Shown piece after piece: positions 1-13,010 of a DNA stretch of 64,000 nucleotides. A program made the translations under genes and the position numbers. The stretch spans positions 1-64,000 of the forward strand of contig JAVKOQ020000096.1 of assembly GCA_031835245.2 (NCBI GenBank), given 5' to 3'. Position 1 is the first letter of the stretch; the number at the start of each line of letters is the position of its first letter. The stretch is from Balamuthia mandrillaris. Taxonomy: Eukaryota. The notes below the pieces were generated by a model. The model did no database searches, had not been told where the DNA came from, and saw only the letters and a list, made by a program, of their open reading frames with translations.

Positions 1-66
1 CTAACCACAGCCGCTCTCAACACCCTCCATGAACAGCTTTGCAAGGCACAACAGGAGTACCTCCGC

Positions 67-720
67 ATGCTCCAACAATCTTTTCAACTTGAGCTCGACA
101 TCCCCAGCTGTCCCAAGACTGAACACATCACCAAAGAAGAAGAACAGTGCAAGTTAGACAAAGTCGCAGAACACACTAGAAAGGCCATGGAACGGTTACA
201 ACAACGTATAGACAGCTTTGCTATTTTCCTTGCATCCACCTCGGCCACACTAGGCAATTCTTCCACATGCAACACTTCCGCTGCCACTGTTTCTCCTCCC
301 TCACCCATTCCACAGATCTCTCCCATACAGTCACCTCATTCGAGTTCACCCTCTCCTGTTGACGGTTCTGTCAACAACACAACTGCTTCCAACAGCACAC
401 ACGTTGCCTCTGTCCCAGAAACACAGAACAACACAACTACTCCTTTCCCTCCTACTCAGAAGAAAATGCCTCGCCTTCCCCCTGGACTACCTAAGTTCGA
501 TGTCAGCAAGCGCCAGGACCCCACTCTTCACACCATGGAACTGGAGTATCACCTCAATACCCACAACTACCCTGAGGATAGATGGATGCAAGCCCTCATC
601 ACCACCCTTGTTGGAGACGGATGTCTTTGGGCCATTAGCGCTCTATGAGACCAACCATGGAATGTCGCCTGAGACCTCTTCCATCGGCACTACCACCTTC
701 CATGGCAGAGCAAAGCAAGA
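67..720 (+). pseudogene. Decayed retrotransposon Gag-like ORF
   Basis: ORF 67-648 has a coiled-coil and S/P/T-rich region, then LPKFD...ELEYHL...PEDRWMQAL...GDGCLW. The same frame continues past TGA 646-648 and TGA 670-672 as DQPWNVA*DLFHRHY, a Trp-spaced pattern like Ty3/Gypsy capsid. Confidence 0.5.
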
Positions 721-1879
721 AACACTTGGAGGAGAATGTGGTGGGCAGAGGTTTCACCACCTTTGGAGCAGCAGCACTTGTGGAGGTAGTGCCCTTGGGA
801 GAAATGTAAGGAGTTGACAGAGTGTTAACCAGAAGTTGTGAAGGCAGGTTCAAGCACAGTTGGAATGGTGGCTCATTTTCTTCTTTGCAAATCGTGGTCA
901 GTTGATTGATCATCTCCATCAGTTCGCTCTTCTGACAGCATAAGTCATCAAAACGTTTTTTATCCTCTTCTTCACCACTGGAGTCCCATGATAATGCTGC
1001 TTGCGCAATCGCAAGAGATAACTCAGCTTTCCTCTTGAGCAGGTGGGCAAGAGCAGCTTTGGAACTGTTTTCATTAACATCAATGTCACCAAAGCTTGGC
1101 AAACTGTCTTCCTTCTCAGTGGGTATACTGGAAGAAGGAAAGTTAGACATTGTAGAGAGGCTTACCAACAATAAAATATAACTCCTTTAATGAAAGCAAA
1201 GGTTGATATAATACACTGGGTTGATATCATGGTAGCTGAGTCCACAGCGTGTCTTAGATAAGTTCTGAGTAAGGAAGGGCTTGAAACAAGTGCTGAAAAC
1301 ACAATGAATAGTGAAGTGACCTTAGCAGTAAGCCAAGGAGCACGCTATACAAGGGAGTTGAAGAGTGACTCAAGTAGAGCAGAGACTCAGTTGATATGCA
1401 GTAAATCAGAACAAGTCATAAAAAAAAATGTTGTAAAATAAGAATGGGAATGATGGTGGAGACAAAGTAAGTATAAGACCTGAATGTAATTTACTAAAAG
1501 TGAAGAGTACAAGTGATAGTAAAGTATCTTGTGTTTTGTTGTAAGTTGTCCTGAGAGGAAAAAGAAGAAGAAGCAAGGAGAGGCAGTATTTAAGCTAGAA
1601 CAATTATCCAAAAAAGAAGAACAGAGAATATCAGCATAAAAGGGCAGAGAGAGAAAACAACAAGAAAGGAGAAGTTCAAGAAAGGAGAAGTTGGACACTG
1701 AGAGGTTTCCTCAGGTCAACAGGCATGAGGGAGAGGTCGACAGGAAGAGAAGAAGGGCTATTATGTTGGAGTTTTCCAACAAGAGGAAGAGGAGGTGCTT
1801 GAGCTGCTTGAATTGTCGTTTGGTGACTTTTACACCTACTTCAAAGCCAACTGGTTGTCTACTGATTGGAAAGATGCAT

Positions 1880-2830
1880 GAATGACCAGAAGTCGCCCTG
1901 GTTTCAGAGAAGGCCTGTACAGCACCAACAACACAATGGAAGCTTTATGGAAGAAGGTAGTGCGGCTGGACTTCCATCAAAAAAAGGCCAAAGCACCAGA
2001 AACTATGCTGGTTACCTTGGGAGAAACGACCCGTGCATTGCACGACCTGGCATTTCAATAGAGATTGGTGGCCAAAAAGAAACCTAGACCTTCCAGGAGT
2101 ATCCATGCACTCTGGATAAGGCAGGCAAAGGGCTGGTAACTGGCGCAGGAAGGCTACTTCTCTCTGATAACCAACTGTCACTTCTCCTTTGGCAAATACT
2201 ATGTGTGTTTCGACCCTTGGCACTGTAGCTGCAACTTCTACCGTTGCACTGGCAAACGGTGTAAGCACATTTTTGCGCTGAGCTACCACTTTCAAAGGGA
2301 GTTCCCACGAGAAAGCTGTCCTTTTGACTATCCACATCCTGCTTCTGTTTGAATTCCCACAGATCCTGCTGCAGTTGAAAGCGATCACAGCAATGACAGT
2401 GACTCTGACCCTACCAATGCTTCTAGTGATGATAGTGGCCGTGTCTATAAGGACACCACCAGTGATGATGACAAGGAGGAGGGCACCGATGATGATCATT
2501 GTTACCCAGATAAAGCGGAAGCAGCAGACGCAAATAAAGATGAGGAGGAGAAGAAGGAGAAGGAGGAGAAGGAGGAAGAGGAAAAGGAGGAGGAGGAGGA
2601 GGAGAAGGAGGAGGAGGAGGCTCATGATGGCGAAGCTGAGGTGGATGATAGTGAAAAGGAGGATCCGGAATGGAGCCAAGTATTAACACAACCTATGCTG
2701 AACTTTTCCTATGAAGAGGAAAGGCGACTTGACAAGGAATGGAACTCTTGTAGGGTTTCTCAAGGTAGACCAAGAAACACAGAGAAACATTTCGTGCTCC
2801 CAACCTGACAGAAGAAGAAACCCTCCAAGT
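1880..2830 (+). pseudogene. Decayed SWIM zinc-finger (MULE-transposase-like C-terminus) remnant
   Basis: Hand translation of 2191-2280 gives GKYYVCFDPWHCSCNFYRCTGKRCKHIFAL (SWIM CxC...CxH). The frame continues past TGA 2350-2352 into an acidic tract and a GRPR motif. Confidence 0.55.
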
Positions 2831-3904
2831 AGCAAGAGCTCAGCAAAGCTATTTCTGCAAATTTGGAAAACAGCCGACCAAAGCAACCTCCATCAGCCAA
2901 ACCACAACGGCAAGCCCAAAGCAACAACTGGCAAAACGAAAGTCCCTCCAGCAACAGGCATCAAGGCTCCCAGAAAGAACAACAAGGCAAAACCATCCAT
3001 CAACAACAAAGCTGCATATAAGCACAAGCCGCTTACTAGCCCTGCCTCTACAACCTATGTAAAAAAGAAGACGCAAGGCCATTATGGCATGAGCCCACTA
3101 TTGCCATGGAAAGAAGATGTAAGTAATCACTTTAGCTCAGCTCCACCAGGAAGCAAGAGGACATGGCGGCCCAACCCTTGGTACCAGAATGAGGAACTAA
3201 TTGTGCCACCTAAGCCAGCACAGCATGCAAGGAAAACATCCTCCACCATCTCCATCTCCTCCTCTGTCTCCAACTCTATTTCTCCTTCTTCTCATTTTTC
3301 AGCATCTCCCAACCCATCTCCTCCTCTTCCTCTGCCTCCTCCTCAAGCCACCCACACTGCTTCTTCTCCCCTCCAAGTCGCTGCAACAACCACTCCCACA
3401 GCAAACTCAACTTCCACCGTGCCAGTTGTTTCTCAGAGACAGCCCAGACGCCTTGCAAGGAGGAAAAGACAACAGCAAAAACACGTTCCGTTACAAAATA
3501 AATTTACTTTACACCCTTTCCTTCTTGGCGACCGCCATCATCAGCTGGCTGTTACTCCTGATCTCTCCTCTTTTAATGCAAGGAAAAATTTCAGGAATAG
3601 TAAAAATTCCTGTCAAAACCTTTACCTACCTTTGAAACTTTTACAAAAATACTTGTGTTGCCAGATTGTTGATTTGAATATTGGGTCTTGCACGTTCTCA
3701 TTGAACTCCTCTGTGGGCTAATACATGCTGATGTTATAATGCAATGGAGAGCAGGTGGTGGTCTGGAAGGACCAGGTCTTAAAAATTGATTTCTTCTATA
3801 TAGTTACAAGATTTTGGCTGTTTTTGTGTTTTTTTTCCATCCTCACAACTTTTTTTGCTGTTGAACTGGTGGAAAGTAGAAGGGTAGGCAGCAAAATGCT
3901 TGTC

Positions 3905-4140
3905 TTAGTCTCAACGAGGAGCAACATAGAGGTTGTGGATTGCTGACAGCACTAGCCAATAATGATCAAAAAGGTCTTTAGGATACTCGAGGTTGGTTTT
4001 CAGTTTCTAAACAACTCACTGGTAATCTTGAACCTCTCCAGTGAACCAAAACAGTTTTCCACAACAGACAGTTGCAGGTTTGGGAAACCTTTGTCTGCAA
4101 TCAACGTGTCTTTTTCTATTGTTTGCATGGTAAGTGCTTT
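3905..4140 (-). pseudogene. Degenerate PIF/Harbinger-ISL2EU (DDE_Tnp_4-like) transposase C-terminal fragment
   Basis: The minus strand reads DTLIADKGFP-NLQLS-VVENCFGSLERFKI, then a stop and frameshift, then HYWLVLSAIHNLYV. These match the ADKGF/Y, VE..FG.LK.F.I and LHN motifs of this family, with an internal deletion. Confidence 0.65.
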
Positions 4141-4424
4141 GATGACACTTGGAAGGACAACAAGGAATAGCTAGTGTTCAACTAGGGCAGACCCAAAGGA
4201 TATAACCATGTCCAGAGCATGTCAGTAGTCAGGTAAGTGTGTAGTCTTTGTTTTTTCCACTATAAAGTAACTCCAGCTATTTTTATCTTTTTTCATCTAT
4301 GGTTTTGTTTGGGCTTTTTTGGTCTGAACTAGTCTTTTTTAGTTTTTTTGGTTTAAAATGGTTTAAAATGGTTTTGTTGTACCTAAAATTATTATTTTCT
4401 CCTGTGGAGAACCAACACATTTTT

Positions 4425-7140
4425 TTAGAAATGAAGAGTAGAGGTGAAAACACGGCGGTCCTTGATAGTGGAAAACCGAGGTAGGACTACAAGAGTGGCC
4501 ACAAACAAGCCCATAGCTAGGCTAGCTGCCACAAGTAGCACATTCAAGCCCAAGCCAATCCCCTCCAACACATTATCTCCAAGTAGTTCATTGACGCCCC
4601 GCACAGCCATAGCCCCAGGCACCAAGATCAAAAGCCCACTCATGATAGTCATGATGGATGAGTTGCCACTGTACCGCGAGTAGAGGTTGCCACCTATGCC
4701 AACAGCAAAGGCGGCCAAAAAAGTGGAAAGGCTCACACCAAGTGGTTCCTCCGTCCAGTAAGATATCACGAAGGCTACTGCACCAGCAATTAACATCGAT
4801 GTCAGTTGCTTCCAGTGGCTGTTAAGCAACATGTTGAAGGCGAGGCAAGTCGGTGTGAAGAACACAAATATGTACCAGGCGGAGATTGCCTGGTTGCAGT
4901 CCTCTCCATCGTCCTCATCTGCATCAGCGATCTGAAAGGCAATCGTTGAACCTGCCTCTAGCCCAAAACCTATCAGGATGGTGATGAAGAGGCCATAGCA
5001 CAATCGTACTGTTCCACTTATCATGTTGCGGGTGGCAAGTTCCACTATTGCTAAAGTTATCGTCACGCCTTGCACCAGCCAAATGACTGATGATAGGGCC
5101 ACTGCCTTGTAACACAAATCCACCAAGTAAAACTGCAACATTCTCGTGCAGAACCCAACCACCGCTGGTGCTAATCCCTGTTGTTAGGAGTGCATTAGTA
5201 TGTTTGTGTGGCGACGCCAAAAAAGTAAATGCAAGGGGAGGAGGCAGAGGGAGAGGGAGAGGGAGAGGGAGAGGGAGAGGGGAGAGGGAGGGGGAGAGGG
5301 AGAGGGAGAGGGAGAGAGAGGGAGAGAGGGAGAGGGAGAGGGAGAGGGAGAGGGAGAGGGAGAGGGGAGAGAGGGAGAGGGAGAGGGAGGGAGAGGGAGA
5401 GGGAGAGGGAGAGGGAGAGGGAGAGGGAGAGAAATGGACCATGTACACAACAGCAAACCGCTCAGAAGCAGCAAAGAGACCCAATAATCCAACCACAAAG
5501 CCAAGAACGAAAGAGACAAGGATGTCCCACCAGCCGCCACCGAACCACATGGCAGCGCTGCCGGTGGAGGCGACGCCAGAAAGAAAGACTTGCAACCAAG
5601 CTGGATACAGCGGTGGTAGCTTCATAATTTCTTTCAACTGAGCGTCAGCATCTTCCACCACCACCTCCGTAAGAGCAGCCCTCATCTTTCTGCGGCGCGT
5701 CCAAGTCTCAGTTAGTTTGTCAAAGGATTGGCTGGCAGCATCCAGCACATATTTCATGGAGAGCTCTCTCTTAAGGGGAGGCTTAGCCTTAAGCAGCAGA
5801 TCTTGTTTCTGTTTTTGTAGGCTGGATTCTTGCAGAGAAGAGGAAGAGGAAGGAGCAGAAGCAGTGCCTCGCTTACGAGGGCCTTCAGAAGAAGTGGAGG
5901 AGACGTCATCGCAATCTTTTATCCGGGAATGCTCGTTAGGTAGGTTTCCTCCCTCGGAGTAATCATCCTGGAGAACGCCATATTTTCCTCCAATGTCGAT
6001 GACCACAGGCCTTTCGCGCGGTTGCAAGCCTTCCGTCTCTTGTTCCTCGTCGTCCGTTCGTTCGTCTTCTTCTTCTTCTTGTTCCTCGTCTTCGAACTTT
6101 TGTTCTTCTTCTTCCTCCTCCTCCTCCTCGAGCTGTTCTTCTGAATCTTCTGAGTGGCGGTGGTGGATAACCTCCATTTCAGCCGCTTCTTTGCTCTTCT
6201 CGGGATATACTGCATCGCTTTCCGCGTTGGAATGGCTGGAGGAGGAACAGGACGACGACGTTTCGCTCCCTCCATCTAATAGAATGGCGCTACCCGCGGT
6301 CGTGATCTTGCTGAGAGGAGGAGGAGGAGGCCGACGACGGCCCTTCTTGTTCTTTATGTTGTTGGTAGGTGGTGCTTCAGGCACTATTTGTCCTTCACCA
6401 TCACTATCGCTCAGATGACAAGAGACAGCAGCAGTAGCATGGTCAGGCGCACCGCCGTCCAGCTCCGTTGGTTTGAACAAGGATACGCGACGAGCTAGCT
6501 CGTCTACCAGCTGCAGTTTCCACATGTCGTAGCCGCTTTGGGTGGTGAAGTACAGGGTCTGGGAACCGGGACCGTAGAACTCCTCTCTTGCGAAGGAGAT
6601 GAGCACAAAGGTAGGGAAGACCGCAAACTGGGTACCAGGAAGACCCAGCGCCTTGCTCACCTGCTTCATGTGATACTCGAGGCGGTGGGTAGGACAGCCG
6701 TAGTTGGACAACGCTCCGCACAGGTTCATCAAAAAGTCTTCCACAGCAAAGGTGTGAGGATCCATCTCCACCAAGCTCTGGGGGTACTTCTTGGCGACCT
6801 GAGGCTTAATGTGAGCGTCTCTGCTCGGCGCACTGGCCACCATCTGCGTTACCCATTTGGGCAGCTTGCCGAGCTTCTTCCTGGACTTTTTTATTTTCCG
6901 CTCTTCCTTCCTCATGGCCTTTTCCTCCTGTTCTCTCCGCCGCCGTATCTCCTCACGCGAAGAGCGCTCCTCTTCTTCTCCTCCGACAACAAGGACCTCC
7001 GTTAAGGACGGTGGTGTGTTTCTGATGGCTCCTTGTTGGCTGGCACGTCGCGCAGTCAGGCTGGAGGAGGGAGCTGGAGGAGGGGGTGGTGTGTGGCTCA
7101 GGCTGAACCGTGCCACGAAGGACTTGAGCCCTCCTAACAT
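4425..7140 (-). CDS. ThrE/Prm10-family (DUF1212) threonine/serine exporter-like membrane protein, 2 exons
   Basis: YGCPTHRLE...FAVFPT and ASTGSAAMWFGGGWWD motifs, many TM helices, and ILVPGAMAVRG. A microsatellite-filled intron lies at about 5180-5440. Confidence 0.85.
5245..5430. repeat. (GAGAGG)n intronic microsatellite
   Basis: Visible hexamer array. Confidence 0.95.
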
Positions 7141-7494
7141 GTTTGTCGTGTAGTTTAACAACGCGAAGAGGCTGCTTGTGTTTAGTCTTGCCCTAAATCG
7201 CTTTTGTTCTTTTCAAGCTATTGCTTGGTTTCCGTCAGCCGGACTTGGTGACCAACAAGGGTGCCCTTACACACCCATACGCACTCCTTTTCTGGATTCT
7301 CCTTAATCTCATGCTGCCTATTCAAGTCGCTTGGACAAAAAGCAAAGAGAAGAGAGACCAACCAAAGGAAAACAAAATGAGGTTGTTTGCGAGAGAGACA
7401 GAGACAAAGAGACAGAGAGAAGATACCAGGGGAGGGGTTTTGTTGCAAAATATATTCAGAACGAAAAAAAAACAAAAGTAACAAGTGGGGCCAA

Positions 7495-10400
7495 CTATTC
7501 AATGCTGTCATCATCGCTTGAACTGCTGTCACTGCTGCTGCTGCTATCATCCTCTGCGACCAAGTCCTCAAAACGTCCGCCGCCGAGCTGGGGTGGTTGC
7601 TGGTGTGGTCTCTCCACGAAAGCATCCTCCGACTCATCGCTCGAAGAAGAATCGCTCTCGCTATCTGACCTGCTGCTCTCCAAAGCACTGTCCGTAGTAA
7701 GGTCGTCTTCGGTGTCATCTGTGTCTGCCTTGTCTTTTTCTTTAGCGGCCTTGTCTTGCGGCTCCGCAGAGAGGCGGCCTTTGCTCTTGCCCTTTGCTCG
7801 TTCAATGGGAAGAGAGTCGTCCTCGCTGGCCGTGTCGGAGGTGATGCCCGCCTCTTTGGCCAGCTTATAAAAGGCAGAGCTGGAATCCGCCATCAGGTTC
7901 TGAGGAGAGTCGAACTCAAGTACTGTGCCTCGGTCCAGGTAGAGGATCTTGTCGTAGTCGATGATAGTGTCCAGCCTGTGAGCAATAGTCAGCACCGTCC
8001 AGTCATGGAACAGATCGCGGACCACTTCTTGCACCATCGCGTCTGTCTCTGGGTCCATAGCCGATGTTGCCTCATCCATCACCAATATCTGTTCAATTAT
8101 AAAGGAAGGTGGAGAGTTAGCGTTGTTGAGGATCAACATAACTGTCCAAGGAACAAATTTTTCCAAAAAAAAAAGTACGATGTAGGGAAAGGAGATTAGA
8201 CAACGGTACCTTTGAGTTGGTTAAGATGGCTCTTGCAATGCAAACCAGTTGGCGCTGACCCAAACTCAAGCTATCAGAGACGGAACTGATAGGCATGGAC
8301 AAGCCAAGAGGGTGGTCCTTCACAAAATCTGCCAAGTGGGACTTCTCCAGGGCGGACCAAAGTTCTTCATCGTCGTGCTCAGAGAAGGGGTCAAGATTGC
8401 TGCGTATGGTACCCTTGAAGATGGCTGATTCCTGTGGAATGATGGCGATGGAGTGGCGAAGGCTTTGTAGAGCTAAAGTAGAAATGTCCACTCCGTCGAT
8501 TTCAATTTTTCCACCGCAGAGCTCCGCCATACGGAAGAGACAAAGTACTGTGGATGACTTGCCGGATCCAGTTCTTCCAACAATTCCCACCTGAGTGTTA
8601 AACACCACAAAGACATCTTCAGACAAAAGGCGCAAACAGAAAAACAGAGAGAACAAGAGGAAAAACCCACCTTAGTATTTGGGATTATATCCAACGTGAT
8701 GCCCTTGAGGACAAGTTCACTCTCCTCCGAGTAGCGCATTTTAGCGTCCAGGAACTTCAAGCCACCTTCTGAGGGGAAGGGAGAAGGAGGCTCTTCACCG
8801 GCAAAGCGTTCCATGGGAGTACGTTTGGTGACCTCAGTAATTCTTCCCACTGAGTCAACCATAAAGTCGAATTCAGCGATTTCCTTGGCCGCCATCGTCA
8901 AAAAGATAAGCTTCTGTATAGAGTTCGAAATGGCTAAGCCTGCTTCGCCTGGTTTAAGGTCGTCGGCTAGGCCGACCACCATCAAGGCTGTAACACAAAC
9001 CAAAATACTGGCTACAGTGTCCAACCTGAATGCTTGCCATAAACCCAACAACTCCAGGTTGTACAACGAACTAGAGAGAGAGGAATAAAACGAACGTTAT
9101 CAACTCAAAGAAGAGAAATAAAGAGACAAGACAAAAAAAAAAAGAAAGAGAGAGACTCACCGATGATTTTTGTCAATGTACTCCTCGTTGAGGGCTTTGA
9201 AACGCTCCTCAGCTTTGAAAGCTCGGACGATATGAAGACCGTGGAAAGTCTCAGAGATGTGAGCAAAAATGTGACTGTTGGTAGAAGCGGAAAGGTTTCT
9301 CAGGTAGTTGGCACTGCGGAGACTGAACCACTGCACCAGGAACAAGGTAACCAAAAGGAAAACCACGCATATTGAGTAATATGGCAGAACGATCGAAACC
9401 AGAATGTCGGTAGTGATGATAACGAGGAAGTAGACCGATGCTAAGTGCAGAGAATCAGGAAATTGTTCGTCCGCCTTTTTACCACAAGTTCCGTCGGTGA
9501 GCATCTCTTCAATAGGCAGAACGAACGAGAAAATACGAACCTTATCTTGATCCTTGGAACTACAGTTGAGCAATACGCCAAGAGGAGTAAACGTGAAGAA
9601 AGACAGAGGAGCGTGTAGCATACGATAGAACATCTTCGACTGCAGCTTGCGAGCAGCTCGCAGAGCGGCGAGATAGAAGAAGGTGCCACGAAGGTAGAGT
9701 GACACACCAAAGGCCGTCACAAAGCCGGCATAGATAACACAGTAGACCCATTTCTCATAGCCAAAGGTGTCGTTGTTCCAAAAGGCAAGCCAGTAGTCGC
9801 TCACAATACGAATGATTTGCGTGAAAATAACCAAGAACATGGCCCAAAGGAAAGAAGCAACTCCCGCCTGGCTGATGTAAGCGGCGTAGGACTTGTGCTT
9901 CGGTGACTTCATTTTAGGTTGCTTATTCTGCTGTTTCAAATCCTTCTTCATCTTTCTCTTTTCTCTTCGCCGAGCTCTGCGAGTAAGCTGCTGTTCTGGC
10001 TTCTTGGCTTCTTCGGGTTTAGTAGGCGCTAAATCGTCATTTTTCTCTTCTGGCTCTTCGGTCAGCTCATACGACTCAGCGTTTTCCACTTCCTCCGCTT
10101 CTTCCAACTGGTCTAGTTGGTCGCCTTCGTCTTCCGAGCTGCTATCGGAAGAAAGCAAGCTCTCTTCCAAGGACATGGTGTAAATATACTCGAGACCTTT
10201 TTCCTGAGTTCGCTTGGTCTCTCGAGTCTTCAGTTCTTTCTCTACCTCTTTGACGCTCTCTAGGGTCTTGGCCTCCCAGTCCTCATTCACGTTGCCCCAG
10301 GCGGGAAGATGGGTGGCTAGAGCATGAGAGTCGGGTGGGCCAGAGTAGGCGATGCTTCCTCCCTTCAGGATCACGATAGCATCAAACTCGTGCAGCAGAT

Positions 10401-12192
10401 GAAGATGGTGGGTGATGATGAGGATCGTTCGATCGGCCAGCAAACCCTTCAAGCAATGCCGGAAGATGTGAGAGGAGGTGTTGGCATCGACGGCACTCAA
10501 CGGGCTGTCGAGGAGGAACATGTCCGCTTTGCTGTAGACAGCACGAGCCAGGGCAATGCGTTGCTTTTGTCCACCACTGAGATTACCGCCGCCTTCGCCG
10601 ATCACGCTGGCGTCTCCCTCTGGAAATTGTTCAAAGTCTTTGTTGAGGCAGCAACAGAACACGGTCTTGTTGTAACGTTCTTCATCGTAGGGTTGGCCAA
10701 AGAGGATGTTTTCTCGTACAGTAGTCTGCTGGATCCAAGCCTCCTGAGAAACGTAAGCGATCTCGCCTCCCACCTTGACCTTTCCTTGCTTAAGCTTGAG
10801 CTCGCCCAACACGGCAGACAACAAGCTGGTCTTGCCGCTACCAACGCTTCCTACCACCGCCACGTGCATTCTCTTCTTCACCGTGAGGCTGATGTTCTTG
10901 AGGATGGTCTTGCCGTTAACTTCGAAAGTGGCGTTCTTCAAGAAGACGCCCACGTTTTTGGATCGTTTGGGAGCGTTGGTGGATGCGGAAAAGGTGGCGT
11001 CGCTTCCGCGGGGGCTCCTTGGAGTGATAGGAGCAAGCGTTCCGTAAGCATCACGCCCAGCGGTCTCCTTTCGGAGGAGGAAAGACTGAAGGCGGCCCGC
11101 AGCAGCCAGAGACTCTGCCATGACACGAAAGGCCTTGGGCAAGACCACCAAGGGGAACCGCAAGGAGTTGAGCAAAGAAATTACGGTGAAGGTCATGCGG
11201 GCCTGTCCCTCCATCGTGTTATCCAAAGCCACAACGTACACGGCGAACATGGTCAAAGCGATGAGAGGGGGTAGGACGAAGACCATCATCAAGTTGACGC
11301 TTTTCAGCTGCCCGCCGTTGCGAAGGTGCATCAGCTCCTTTTTGCGAACCTCTCCCACCGAGTCCAAAAAGCTCTTTTCCCAAGCGTAGAACTTAATGAG
11401 CTTGATAGAAACAAGGATCTCGTGCATGAGCCTCACTCGCTCATCTGTACAGGAGATTGCTTTGCTGCGCACTCGCGTGATGAGGAAGCCGAGATAGAAC
11501 TGTAGAGGCACAGCCAGCAACATCAGCGCGAAGCCCACAAGGCCTGCCTTATAGCCGATGAGGTAGATGACCACTCCAATGAAGAGGAGTGACTCGAAGA
11601 TGCTGGACCACAGGTTGTGCGCACTGGTGCAGGCTTGGAATAAGCGGGAGCAGTCGTTGGCAGCCAAGTTGATGATCTCGCCAACCTCCAAATTGGAGCT
11701 CTCCAACTTTAAGGCTTTGTTGTATACTGCTGTCATGAGAGCTCCGCGCAAGCGAATGCCTAGCTTAAGGCTGACATAACCCATCTGCTGCATGCACACG
11801 CTGAGCAGGAAGCAGTCCAAAAAGAAGAAGCCCGCTAGCACCCAGCCATGCCACTCCTCCCTGTCCTCTCCGTCCGCCACGAAGTCCACCAAAAAGTAGA
11901 CGAAGAAACCGGCGCACATCACCACCAGCAGGCCCCATAGCAACTTAAAAATGCCAGCAAGCAGAAAGGGTCTCCAGTAGCAGTGCACCAGCGCCCGGAA
12001 CAGCGAGGGCTTTGCTTTGTGTTGGCACTCTTCATCCCAGTAGTGCTTGAACCGAAGGTACGAGGGGCCAGCTGCTTCCCCCTTCGGTAGGCGTAGACTT
12101 TCTTCGTATAGCTTCTTGCGTCTTCCTTTCAGCACCAGCGGAGTGGTGGAGCCAAACCACGGGTGGGTCAATTTATCCGCAAGTCGTCCCAT
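7495..12192 (-). CDS. ABCC/MRP-type full ABC transporter, multi-exon; the true start may lie slightly upstream
   Basis: TMD-NBD-TMD-NBD layout. NBD1 has GSVGSGKT and [11 protein letters not shown]2 has [22 protein letters not shown] and IAHRL. Confidence 0.95.
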
Positions 12193-13010
12193 GATGTTGG
12201 CGAGATCGAGATTGACGGCCGATGAGAGAGAGAATCCTTTGAGGGAGTGAAGATGACGGAGATGGTGATCTCGGAGGAGAAGGAGGAGGAGGAGGTAGTA
12301 GGAAAAAAAATAAATATAAGTAGCGCGCTACTCGTTAGCTCCGGCCGGACAGGCTTGGTGTTGTTGTTGCCAAAGAATTCGGTAGCGCGCAGAGTAAAGG
12401 AAGTAAAACGTATTCGTTCGTTTGGTCGTTTAGATAGGTATCCAAACTGGAAACAAAGGAAGGTGAGCCTTAAAAAAAAGGTAGCACCCCAAGCTGACGA
12501 GGAATCCTCAAATTCGAAGAGAAGGAAGGGGCGGTCCCTCTTTCTTGAAAATCTAAGGTAGCAAAAGAAGTCTAAAAAGACCAACAAAACAACACAAAAA
12601 GAAAGAGAGGGAAAAGGTTTGAAAAAAAGTACAAGCTATAAAGAAAGAAAAAGAGAACAAACAAGTTGCAAGCGGTCCGCTTCCTCAATATATTTTTTTT
12701 TCACTCCCTTGCTCCCGAACCTTCAAGGCAAGTTGTGGTGAAATACGGAGAGCCCGCCGTCAAACTTTCCCCCAACAACCGGAGGGGAATTTAACGGGGA
12801 ACGAGTGACTTGATGACGTAAACTGGTGATTTGGAATTGGGTCATCAAAACAGAGGGTTGCCGGGGCGGAGAGACCGGTTGCTAGGGGCAACCTCATGGC
12901 CATTGGCTGCCTCTAGATCAAGATTGACCACACGTTGTGAACGTGAAGAACAATAAAGGAGCAGAAGAAAGCCCACAGGGGGAGGAAGAGCGGTTGTGTT
13001 ACACCGAAAG

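Noticed and set aside
635..1171. 178-aa coiled-coil ORF
   Set aside because: Lies within the TE island with no recognisable family or clear gene model, so it is left unassigned.
2711..3721. 336-aa ORF as an independent gene
   Set aside because: Low-complexity, no domain, and overlapping the decayed SWIM element; most likely a frameshifted continuation of it.
10324..11274. 316-aa plus-strand ORF
   Set aside because: Antisense shadow of the ABCC coding exon, with no motif of its own.
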